Source of the DNA: Candidatus Nanopelagicales bacterium
GTDB taxonomy: Bacteria; Actinomycetota; Actinomycetes; S36-B12
DNA: 42,788 bases
Assembly: GCA_032117355.1 (NCBI GenBank)
Contig: JAULZL010000153.1
Span: forward strand, 1 to 42,788
Direction of reading: 5' to 3'
Part shown: in pieces, positions 35,321 through 42,788 of the stretch
Numbering within the stretch: the stretch's first letter is position 1
Layout of the letters: each line of letters opens with the position of its first letter
The notes under the pieces: model-generated
Seen by the model: only the letters and a program-made list of their open reading frames with translations
What the model was told of the DNA's origin: nothing
Database searches by the model: none
Translations under genes and position numbers: made by a program

Positions 35321-36901
35321 GTGACTGACCTGCCAAGCAAGCCCGCGTGGCAGGTTCCGGTGACCGCCGTCATCACGATCCTGGCGATCATCGGCGTCGC
35401 GGGCGGGCTGACATGGCATGCACTCTCGGTCAGTGCGGCGAGCAGCGCCAGCGACTCGACCCGCACCAGCCCGGTCGGCACGACAAAGGAACCCGTCGGT
35501 CAGGTTGCCTCGGCTGCTCAGCCCCTCGGCCCAGCGCCGTCCATCAAGAACGTCGTCATGATCCTTGCCGACGACCTCGACTGGGAGACGTTCAACCAGG
35601 TGCCTCGCCTGAAGGCCCTGCAGGACTCAGCGATGACCTTCACCAGCCATGTCGTCACCGACTCGCTCTGCTGCCCATCTCGCGTGTCGATATTCCGCGG
35701 CCAGTACGTCCACAACCATCGGGTTATCTCCAATGTCGTGGAGTCCGGCGGTGGCTGGCCCACGTTCTACTCCCTCGGGGAGGAGCGGGACTGCCTGCCG
35801 GTCTGGCTGAAGAAGGCGAATGTGCAGACAGCCTTCTTCGGCAAGTACCTCAATGACTACCCCGATGGGGCACCGACTCGCACTTACGTGCCGCCAGGCT
35901 GGGATCGCTGGGCGGTTCCGGTAACTCAGGCGGCCGCGTACCGCGGCTATGGCTACACGCTGAACGATGATGGTCGGCTGGTGAAGTACGGCAAGAAGCC
36001 GCAGGACTTCCTTGCTGACGTGCTCACGGCCAAGACGACGGACTACATCAAAACAGCAACCTCGCCCTTCTTCGCCGAGTTGTCCCTCATGAACCCGCAC
36101 ATGCCAGCGCCGATCGCACCCCGTCACAAGAAGTCAAACGGGACCGTAACCGTCCCACGCAACCCGACATACAACGCACGCGGTCTAAACGAGCCGGCTT
36201 GGCGAGCCAGCAGACTCAGCCTGGGCCAGTCACGCCTCGACAGGTATGACTCGATGTGGCGCAACCGCGTGAGGTCTGCGGAGTCGATCGCCGATGCCGT
36301 CGATGCCGTCCTGAAGACCCTCAAGGATTCAGGGAAACTCGCGGAGACCCTCGTCGTGGTGACTTCCGACAACGGGTTCCACGCGGTAACCCGGCGGCTC
36401 CCCCTGGGGAAACGAACTCCTTATCGCGAGGACACCGTGGTGCCGTTGCTGATGATCGGCCCGGGAGCCATACCTGGCTCCTCGGTGACCGGTATGACCT
36501 CCACGATTGACCTCGCTCCCACCTTCACAGAACTCTTCAAGGCAGCTGTGCCCGAATGGGCCGACGGGCGCTCGCTAGTGCCGTTCCTGCGCGGGTCGAA
36601 CGGTGCCGACTGGCGCACGGGCATCCTTACCGAGAGCCTCGGCGAATCAGATCCGGGTGACCCCGACTTCGAGGCATTCAAGCCGCCGAAGTTTGAGGCA
36701 ATGCGCACCGAGCGCTACCTCTACGTGGAGTACGAGGACGGCTCACGGGAGTTCTTCGATCACGCCACCGATCCATACGAGATCAACAACGCCATCGGGG
36801 AGGCCAGTCCCGCGCTGCTCGAAAAGCTCTCGGCGCAGCTGGCTGCGCTGGTCGCCTGCACTGGTCCGTCCTGCCGCGTTGCCGATTCGATGCCCAACTA
36901 G
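35321..36901 (+). CDS. Cys-type sulfatase (formylglycine-dependent) with N-terminal membrane anchor
   Basis: The sequence ILADDLDWETF...TDSLCCPSRVSIFRGQY contains the C-x-P-S-R core. The sequence TSDNGFH is also present. The GTG start lies 13 nt after the MFS stop, with GAGGAGAG upstream. Confidence 0.9.
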   Translation: MTDLPSKPAWQVPVTAVITILAIIGVAGGLTWHALSVSAASSASDSTRTSPVGTTKEPVGQVASAAQPLGPAPSIKNVVMILADDLDWETFNQVPRLKALQDSAMTFTSHVVTDSLCCPSRVSIFRGQYVHNHRVISNVVESGGGWPTFYSLGEERDCLPVWLKKANVQTAFFGKYLNDYPDGAPTRTYVPPGWDRWAVPVTQAAAYRGYGYTLNDDGRLVKYGKKPQDFLADVLTAKTTDYIKTATSPFFAELSLMNPHMPAPIAPRHKKSNGTVTVPRNPTYNARGLNEPAWRASRLSLGQSRLDRYDSMWRNRVRSAESIADAVDAVLKTLKDSGKLAETLVVVTSDNGFHAVTRRLPLGKRTPYREDTVVPLLMIGPGAIPGSSVTGMTSTIDLAPTFTELFKAAVPEWADGRSLVPFLRGSNGADWRTGILTESLGESDPGDPDFEAFKPPKFEAMRTERYLYVEYEDGSREFFDHATDPYEINNAIGEASPALLEKLSAQLAALVACTGPSCRVADSMPN

Positions 36902-36956
36902 CTTCGGGCGGGCCACACCGCGTCTAGACCGAGGCGGCAACTCAGGGGTCGAGCAG

Positions 36957-36977
36957 TTCGAGGCCGAGACCCTCGAA
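36957..36977. terminator. possible bidirectional stem-loop between convergent genes
   Basis: The element ttcgagg-ccgagac-cctcgaa forms a 7-bp stem with a 7-nt loop. It is followed by a weak T-containing tract, gtcacgtgtgtt. Stability was not calculated. Confidence 0.25.
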
Positions 36978-36978
36978 G

Positions 36979-37242
36979 TCACGTGTGTTGCGAGTGGCCT
37001 AGGTCGCACGGGTTGTCTACATGTTCCTCACCGGTACGAGCCGGAATGCTGAGTTGTTCCCCCGCAAGGGCGTCGCGCATCCCTAGGAGGATGTCGGCGA
37101 GGCCGCGCACACTCGGCGACGAGACCGCATCGATGAGAATGGTCCGCACCTCGGCTTCCATGGGGCGTCCGTGCGTCGCCGCACGCACTTGGAGTCAGTC
37201 TCGGACGTGGTCATCGAGCCCCCGGATCCTCAACTTAGCCAT
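36979..37242 (-). pseudogene. ribbon-helix-helix (FitA/VapB-like) antitoxin gene interrupted by an in-frame TGA; no toxin gene follows
   Basis: My translation reads MAKLRIRGLDDHVRD-TGA-LQVRAATHGRPMEAEVRTILIDAV...GEQLSIPARTGEE. The same frame continues on both sides of the stop at 37195..37197. The pattern matches MxxLxIRNLDDxVxxRLrxRAAxHGRSMEAExRxIL. Confidence 0.6.
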
Positions 37243-37465
37243 GTCATGCTCCTGGGAGTTGTCTGCATTGCGGTCTATGCAGACAGGCCAAACCGCGGCG
37301 CACGTAGACATCACCGCGAAGAAGGTAAGCCCTTCCAGCACTGGCCTGCCGACCTGAACCACCCAGCACCGACTTCGCCATGGCATCCGCTCTCTCGCTC
37401 AGCTATTGCTCGCCACACATTGGTGGTGCCGCCTGTCAACGTCAATGGGCATACCGGACGGACGC

Positions 37466-38023
37466 TCAGGACTCGTGTTCGTTGTCGCCGTATCCGAAGA
37501 CATGAAGGCTGACAATGTCAATCTCCCGACGTGGGTCACCGAAGAAGGCCGCCAAGCGATTGGTGACGCGCTTGAACGGCCGCTCGCGAGGAGTCCCCTG
37601 TGGCGTCCAATTGGCGTTCGGAACGATCAGGAACAGATGCTGGGCATCAGGTGAAATGTGAGCCTTCCAAAGGTCCTTCAAGTCGTGGTTATTGTTCACC
37701 GTTCCTCCGCGCTCAACCTCGGCCAGCACACCTCGCCCAGAATCCATCCGGTAGAAGAAGTCGGGCCGGGCAGAAGTAACGAAGCCATCCTCGGGCGTCA
37801 GGATCACCTCCTCCTCAAACCCGAGTCGATCACGGAGAAGTACGGCGACGATCGACTGAATCACACTGCTTTGCGCACCATGGACATGAGCGGCCCCGAT
37901 TTCCTCATCGTGAGCGGTCAGGTGGCCAACAAGTTGTTCAGCCAGGAGGTCAACGGCGAGCAGCTCGAGACCTTCTTCAGAGGTCACGCTCGACCGCACG
38001 AATCGCGCGAACTGAACCCCCAC
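37466..38023 (-). CDS. hypothetical protein, possible PD-(D/E)xK-like nuclease fold
   Basis: The composition is ordinary, while the opposite-strand ORF is poor. The sequence RPDFFY...(15 aa)...LAEVERGGTVNNNHDLKDLWKA...LFLIVPN loosely fits a PD...ExK-type layout. I recognise no family. Confidence 0.5.
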   Translation of the reverse strand: MGVQFARFVRSSVTSEEGLELLAVDLLAEQLVGHLTAHDEEIGAAHVHGAQSSVIQSIVAVLLRDRLGFEEEVILTPEDGFVTSARPDFFYRMDSGRGVLAEVERGGTVNNNHDLKDLWKAHISPDAQHLFLIVPNANWTPQGTPRERPFKRVTNRLAAFFGDPRREIDIVSLHVFGYGDNEHES

Positions 38024-38190
38024 GGTTCGCAGCTTCGCAGCTAGAAAGGCAAGAAGCTAGCCGGAACTGGTCCCACCTCGAACCGGAGCCTGACACTAAG
38101 GGAATCCAGTCCCGAGGCACCGCATTGAGTAGGTGGACTCGGGGTCCAATCTTCTGAGCCGTCAGATTTCGAGCCCCAGCTTCCCGTAAC

Positions 38191-38658
38191 TCAGTTCACT
38201 GTGACGGACTCGGGCCACACCTGCCGCAGATGATCAATGCCGAGAACTTGGCAGAGGATCCAGACGTCCTGCACGTCACGGTCGTATCTCCCCGCTGGGA
38301 CCTTCATGGCCAGCAGACGCTTCGGCGATGCGATGTTCACGCTCAGACCGGGCCAGGAGAAGGCTTCAATGCGATCGTGATCGAACTCCCGGGGCAGCAA
38401 GGGCAGCACCCGGTTACTCAGCCAATCCGGTGCAAGATCACGGTGCTCGTCGGCCATCCGTCGAGCGACCTCATCGATGGCCTCCATGGGCTGCCCGACG
38501 GCGTCGATGTCGCGCGTGACGCGCATCCGGTCGTAGGCAAGGGCCATCGCCGTGCCGCCGACGACGTAGAGCTCGGCTTCCAGTCCGTCCGCATGGAGAC
38601 GGTGCGCAAGTTCACCGAGCAGGGACACGATGCGCTCACGGTCGAACAGGCCGTTCAT
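38191..38658 (-). CDS. minimal nucleotidyltransferase-fold protein (MNT/AbiEii-like)
   Basis: The sequence ELYVVGGTAMALAY...TRDIDAV carries the GG[ST]-x(n)-DxD Pol-beta-type NTase signature. The protein is 155 aa. Its start overlaps the upstream XRE gene stop by 4 nt. Confidence 0.68.
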   Translation of the reverse strand: MNGLFDRERIVSLLGELAHRLHADGLEAELYVVGGTAMALAYDRMRVTRDIDAVGQPMEAIDEVARRMADEHRDLAPDWLSNRVLPLLPREFDHDRIEAFSWPGLSVNIASPKRLLAMKVPAGRYDRDVQDVWILCQVLGIDHLRQVWPESVTVN

Positions 38659-39299
38659 GCGGACGCGAGGAGCTGGCGACCCAGCATTACCCCTCGCACC
38701 CGAAAAGCGGACGGACTATCCCACAGGACGAGTGCTCGAAGTGACTCGACATCACCGGCGGCCCCGACCCACCAGGTGTGGTCCAGATAGCGACCGGGTT
38801 GACGGGTCCAGGATGGGGTGCGGTCGAGCCCAGAGCGACGGCACAACTCGACCGCGAGGGCTGCGATCAGTGCATCCCATCGTCTTGAGCCGGTGCTGCC
38901 CGGGGAGGCAAGGAAGAATCCCCGATCCTCCTTAGCCTCGAGGCGGGCGAAGTCATCCGACGCCTGGATGACATGGCACAGCATGTCGACATCCCGCTGC
39001 TTCCGGCGAAGGTCGGCGCGAAGGTCGGCGGTCGTGCTGGCCAGAGTTCCCGGCCACCCGTGGGCATACGCCGATGACATCGGCAGGTCGGCAAAAGCCG
39101 CGATTCGCTCACCCAGGTCGCGGCCAGCCTGCAGGCGGCCCCGCTCATAGGCGCTGACGTTTGCCCGACTCGTGCCGAGGAGCCCGGCGGCTTGCACCTG
39201 TGTGAGACCGAGTCGAGACCTCGTTCGGGCAAGGGCTCCCGTCACGGTCACCCCTGGAGTATTTCTGACTTGTTGAGACCTATATGTCTTGCGGATCAC
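38655..39299 (-). CDS. XRE-family helix-turn-helix protein with uncharacterised C-terminal domain
   Basis: The sequence RSRLGLTQVQAAGLLGTSRANVSAYERGR is a Cro/C1-type HTH. The true start may be the GTG at 39251 or at 39245. Confidence 0.72.
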   Translation of the reverse strand: MIRKTYRSQQVRNTPGVTVTGALARTRSRLGLTQVQAAGLLGTSRANVSAYERGRLQAGRDLGERIAAFADLPMSSAYAHGWPGTLASTTADLRADLRRKQRDVDMLCHVIQASDDFARLEAKEDRGFFLASPGSTGSRRWDALIAALAVELCRRSGLDRTPSWTRQPGRYLDHTWWVGAAGDVESLRALVLWDSPSAFRVRGVMLGRQLLASA

Positions 39300-39329
39300 A
39301 GCCGCCGCGAATCACGTGCCACGCCCGCA

Positions 39330-40511
39330 CTACTCGCTGAGGGCCTGATCCAGGTCGGCAACCAAGTCTTCAATTGTCTCGATGCCAACCGATAGGCGGA
39401 CGAGATCGGCGGGGACCTCGAGGGCGCTTCCGGCCGCGGACGCATGGGTCATCCGGCCGGGATGCTCGATCAGCGACTCGACTCCCCCGAGGGATTCGCC
39501 CAGGGTGAAGACCTTCGTCCGTGCGCAGGTGCGCAGGGCGGCGTCCTCGCCGCCGGCGTGGCGGAAGGAAACCATGCCGCCGAAGTCGAGCATCTGCCTC
39601 TTGGCGATGTCATGGCCAGGATGCATGGCAAGGCCCGGCCACATCACTTCGCAGACAGCCGGGTGATTGAGCAGCATCTCGGCAATCACTCGCGCGTTTG
39701 CGCAGTGGCGGTCCATCCGAACTCCGAGGGTCTTGATGCCGCGTAAGACGAGCCAGCTGTCGAACGGACCGGGCACTGCACCCATGGCGTTCTGGTGGAA
39801 GCGCAGCCGGGAGATCAACTCCGGGTCCTTCGCCACCAGCGCGCCACCGATCACATCACTGTGGCCCCCGAGGTACTTGGTGGTGCTGTGTACGACCACG
39901 TCGGCCCCCAGCCGCAACGGCTGCTGGAGGTAAGGCGAGGCGAAGGTGCTGTCGACGACGAGCAGGGCCCCCGCATCCGCGGCCACCTCGGCAAGCGCCT
40001 CAATGTCGGCGATGCCGAGTAGCGGATTCGTCGGCGTCTCGACCCAGATGATCTTGGTCCGGCCGGGGATGACCGCGGCCGCAACGGCCACCGGGTCGGA
40101 AACCGGTGCCGGGGTGTGATCGACTCCCCACGGGCCCGCCACCTTCGAGAACAATCGGTACGTGCCTCCGTAGGCATCATCGGGGATGACGGCATGGTCA
40201 CCGGGCCGGCAGACCGCCCGGATCAGGGTGTCCTCGGCTGCCAGCCCCGAGGCAAAGGCGAGTGCCTGCGCGTCGGGGAAGCCGGGGGCGTCCAGGGCTG
40301 CCAGGCATTCCTCGAGGGCCGTCCTGGTGGGATTCGCACTGCGGGAGTACTCGTATCCGCCGCGTAGTCCGCCAACGCCGTCCTGCGCGTAGGTCGAGAC
40401 CTGGTAGATCGGGGGGACAACCGCGCCAGTCAGCGGATCCGGCTCCTGACCGGCGTGGATTGCCCTCGTCTGGAATCCGTCCCAAGAATCTCGACTTTCG
40501 CGTTCGTCCAT
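39330..40511 (-). CDS. metB: cystathionine gamma-synthase/gamma-lyase (Cys/Met PLP family)
   Basis: The sequence YSRSANPTR...VVHSTTKYLGGHSDVIGG contains the PLP-Lys motif, and ESLGGVESLIEHP is also present. Confidence 0.9.
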   Translation of the reverse strand: MDERESRDSWDGFQTRAIHAGQEPDPLTGAVVPPIYQVSTYAQDGVGGLRGGYEYSRSANPTRTALEECLAALDAPGFPDAQALAFASGLAAEDTLIRAVCRPGDHAVIPDDAYGGTYRLFSKVAGPWGVDHTPAPVSDPVAVAAAVIPGRTKIIWVETPTNPLLGIADIEALAEVAADAGALLVVDSTFASPYLQQPLRLGADVVVHSTTKYLGGHSDVIGGALVAKDPELISRLRFHQNAMGAVPGPFDSWLVLRGIKTLGVRMDRHCANARVIAEMLLNHPAVCEVMWPGLAMHPGHDIAKRQMLDFGGMVSFRHAGGEDAALRTCARTKVFTLGESLGGVESLIEHPGRMTHASAAGSALEVPADLVRLSVGIETIEDLVADLDQALSE

Positions 40512-40529
40512 GGCACGTAGCCTAGGGAC

Positions 40530-41198
40530 ATGTTCGGATTCGGAGCGAAGTCACGAATGATCCAGGCCAACCAGGCACTGCCAGGTCACCCCACCCCGAT
40601 TTTCGAGGTGGGTGACGTCCATGCCGTCCTCGGGACCTCCCTACGTGGCCCGTGGCCCGGAGCCGACCGCATCTACCTCGCCATGGGGTGCTTCTGGGGG
40701 GCCGAGGAGATCTTCTGGCGGATGCCCGGCGTGGTTTCCACCAGCGTGGGCTATCAGGGTGGCTTCAGTACCAATCCCACCTACGAAGAGGTCTGCTCGG
40801 GACTTACCGGCCACACCGAGGCGGTTTCCATTGCGTACGACCCCGCCAAGATCAGCACCTACGACATCCTGAAGGCCTTCTGGGAGAACCACGATCCGAC
40901 CCAGGGCTACCGCCAGGGAAATGACGTCGGGACCCAATACCGCAGCGCGATCTACGTGACGACTGACGAGCAGCGAACCATCGCCGGGGCCACCCGCGAT
41001 GCCTATGCCGCAGTGATCGCCGAGCGCGGGTACCCCGAAATCACCACCGAGATCGGTCGAGCAGACGAGGAGCCGTACTACCTCGCCGAGGAATACCACC
41101 AGCAGTACCTCTACAAGAATCCAAACGGCTACCGCTGCCACGCCAACACCGGCCTGGCGCTGCCAGCCCTGCCGTCAGCCAGCGAGGTAGCCCAGTAG
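40530..41198 (+). CDS. msrA: peptide-methionine (S)-S-oxide reductase
   Basis: Motifs are LAMGCFWGAEE, GHTEAV and EEYHQQYL. Confidence 0.95.
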   Translation: MFGFGAKSRMIQANQALPGHPTPIFEVGDVHAVLGTSLRGPWPGADRIYLAMGCFWGAEEIFWRMPGVVSTSVGYQGGFSTNPTYEEVCSGLTGHTEAVSIAYDPAKISTYDILKAFWENHDPTQGYRQGNDVGTQYRSAIYVTTDEQRTIAGATRDAYAAVIAERGYPEITTEIGRADEEPYYLAEEYHQQYLYKNPNGYRCHANTGLALPALPSASEVAQ

Positions 41199-42545
41199 AT
41201 CCTGCCGGGTCAGCACGCCCGCAGGCTTGCCGTCATCGATGACGACAAGCGCATCCGCCATCTGCAGGGCTGAAACGGCCGAGTGCACGTTGTCCCCCGA
41301 ACCCACCATTGGTAGCGAGGTGGACATGTGCGACTCCACGGCGTCGGCCAGCTGGGCACGGCCGGTGAACAGGGCATCAAGGAGATCGCGCTCGACAACC
41401 GAGCCAACGACTTCAGCAGCCATGACAGGTGGCTCGGCGCGAACGACCGGCATCTGCGAGACGCCGAACTCGCGCAGGATGTTGATTGCATCGCGAATCG
41501 TCTCGGTTGGGTGGGTGTGGACGAAGGGCGGCATCCCGCCTGACTTCCCGCGCAGGATGTCGCCAACGGAGCGCTCCCCGTCTGCAGGCAGGAAGCCGTA
41601 TCCGCGCATCCAGTCGTCATTGAAGACCTTCGACAGATACCCGCGGCCACTATCCGGCAGCAGAACCACTACGACATCATCCGCCGCGGCTCGAGCCGCG
41701 ACATTCAGGGCCGCAACCACCGCCATCCCGCAGGAGCCACCGACGAGCAAGCCCTCCTCGCGAGCCATTCGCCGCGTCATGTCGAAGGACTCGCGGTCGC
41801 TCACCGCGATGATTTCGTCGCAGACGGTACGGTCATAGGCGTCTGGCCAGAAGTCTTCGCCCACCCCTTCGACGAGGTAGGGCCGACCCGAGCCACCCGA
41901 GTAGACCGACCCGACCGGATCTGCGCCAATAACCCGGACCCGTCCACCACTTGCCTCTTTAAGGAAGCGTCCCGTCCCGGAGATCGTGCCGCCCGTCCCG
42001 ACACCGGCGACGAAGTGAGTGATCCGGCCTTCGGTCTGCTCCCACAACTCAGGGCCGGTCGATTCGTAGTGTGATCGTGGGTTGTTGGGATTGGAGTACT
42101 GGTCTGGCTTCCAGGCACCGGGGATCTCACGGGCAAGGCGATCACTCACCGAGTAGTACGAACGGGGGTCGTCCGGGTCAACCGCGGTCGGGCAAACCTC
42201 GACCCGCGCGCCGTAAGCCTTCAACACATTGCGCTTGTCTTCGCTGACCTTGTCTGGGCAGACGAATACGCACGAATAACCGCGCTGCTGAGCAACCAGG
42301 GCCAGGCCAACCCCCGTATTGCCGCTGGTCGGCTCAACGATCGTTCCCCCGGGCTTCAGCAGCCCATCGCGCTCGGCGGCATCGATCATCCGCGAGGCAA
42401 TTCGATCCTTGACGGACCCGCCCGGGTTCAGGTACTCCACCTTGGCCAGCACCAGAGGGCCAGAGGCGGCACCGGACACCACCGAGCGCAGCCGTACCAG
42501 CGGAGTGTTACCGATCAGGTCCACGACGGACTCATGGAAGCGCAT
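41175..42545 (-). CDS. cbs: cystathionine beta-synthase (PLP domain plus tandem CBS domains)
   Basis: Motifs are NPGGSVKDRIA, TSGNTGVGLA and GVGTGGTISG. A C-terminal CBS pair is present (GVSQMPVV...ALVVIDDGKPAGVLTRQDLL). Confidence 0.92.
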   Translation of the reverse strand: MRFHESVVDLIGNTPLVRLRSVVSGAASGPLVLAKVEYLNPGGSVKDRIASRMIDAAERDGLLKPGGTIVEPTSGNTGVGLALVAQQRGYSCVFVCPDKVSEDKRNVLKAYGARVEVCPTAVDPDDPRSYYSVSDRLAREIPGAWKPDQYSNPNNPRSHYESTGPELWEQTEGRITHFVAGVGTGGTISGTGRFLKEASGGRVRVIGADPVGSVYSGGSGRPYLVEGVGEDFWPDAYDRTVCDEIIAVSDRESFDMTRRMAREEGLLVGGSCGMAVVAALNVAARAAADDVVVVLLPDSGRGYLSKVFNDDWMRGYGFLPADGERSVGDILRGKSGGMPPFVHTHPTETIRDAINILREFGVSQMPVVRAEPPVMAAEVVGSVVERDLLDALFTGRAQLADAVESHMSTSLPMVGSGDNVHSAVSALQMADALVVIDDGKPAGVLTRQDLLGYLAG

Positions 42546-42576
42546 CCCGCGACCCTACGGGTCATACCCTTGTGAC

Positions 42577-42788
42577 GTGCCAGCCCCCATCATTCAACTT
42601 GCGCCCGGCGTGCACCGGATTCCGCTCCTCGGCGATTTCATCAACTCATTTGCCTTCAGCGAGGCAGATGGCTCCATCACCCTCGTTGACTGCGGCCTGC
42701 GCACAGCGCCTGCCCGGATCGTTCGCGGCCTCGCCGCCCTCGGCAAGACCCCCGTGGACGTCCAGAGAATCGTCCTCACCCATGCCCA
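42577..42788 (+). CDS. MBL-fold metallo-hydrolase (5' part only, runs off the window)
   Basis: It is missing from the track because it is open-ended. My translation from a GTG near 42577 reads VPAPIIQLAPGVHRIPLLGDFINSFAFSEADGSITLVDCGL...VQRIVLTHAH. The final THAH begins the HxHxDH motif. Confidence 0.6.
   Translation, partial: MPAPIIQLAPGVHRIPLLGDFINSFAFSEADGSITLVDCGLRTAPARIVRGLAALGKTPVDVQRIVLTHA

Noticed and set aside
37195-37197. The in-frame TGA in the RHH antitoxin as selenocysteine or programmed read-through
   Set aside because: I saw no SECIS-like hairpin immediately downstream. The homologous position is normally Arg or Glu, one substitution away from TGA. The missing toxin gene fits decay better.
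38024-38190. A tRNA-like ggttcgag motif (reverse strand) in the 167-nt gap inside the islet
   Set aside because: The flanking 5-mers (ctccg / gtggg) are not complementary, and I found no acceptor or anticodon arms by eye.

Overview
This is a high-GC chromosomal segment that looks actinobacterial: GTG/TTG starts are frequent, many genes overlap by 4 or 8 nt, and mca, greA, an MMPL transporter and a DUF2786/HExxH pair are present. I support about 50 protein-coding genes plus three apparently disrupted ones. I found no rRNA, tRNA, CRISPR array, transposase or integrase.

Gene content from left to right:
- (1) 1-7 kb is a patch dense in secreted proteins and lipoproteins. It holds two paralogous Cys-containing lipoproteins, a CAPC thioredoxin-like lipoprotein, a DUF1566 lipoprotein, a lipoprotein with a phage-tail-collar-like C-terminus, and two small secreted genes whose signal peptide is out of frame with the body.
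- (2) 6.9-7.8 kb is gene-poor and looks decayed.
- (3) 7.8-18.3 kb is a membrane and transport block: DoxX, DUF305, a hotdog thioesterase, MMPL, YqhA, an MFS gene followed by a P-type ATPase, and an ABC-2 exporter.
- (4) 18.7-24.8 kb is a very tight co-directional array of gabT, bioY, a short adenylating ligase, a thiolase, ecfA(bioM), ecfT(bioN) and ung.
- (5) 24.9-33.8 kb is housekeeping: a PfkB kinase, SURF1, mca, DUF4307, greA, DrrAB-like ABC genes, ilvA, and DUF2786 with an HExxH metallohydrolase.
- (6) 34-36.9 kb holds an MFS gene and a Cys-type sulfatase.
- (7) 36.9-39.3 kb is a small accessory islet: an RHH antitoxin with an in-frame stop, a nuclease-like orphan, and an XRE-HTH/minimal nucleotidyltransferase pair.
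- (8) 39.3-42.8 kb holds metB, msrA, cbs and the start of an MBL-fold gene.

The best candidate for something undescribed is the ligase and thiolase pair translationally coupled inside a dedicated biotin ECF transporter operon. A second theme is the number of perfect short tandem duplications (9, 12, 15, 25/30, 30 and 69 bp), both in coding N-termini and loops and in promoter regions.

All family calls come from my own reading of motifs in the supplied translations. No database search was run. Coordinates of sequence-level repeats may be off by 1-2 nt.
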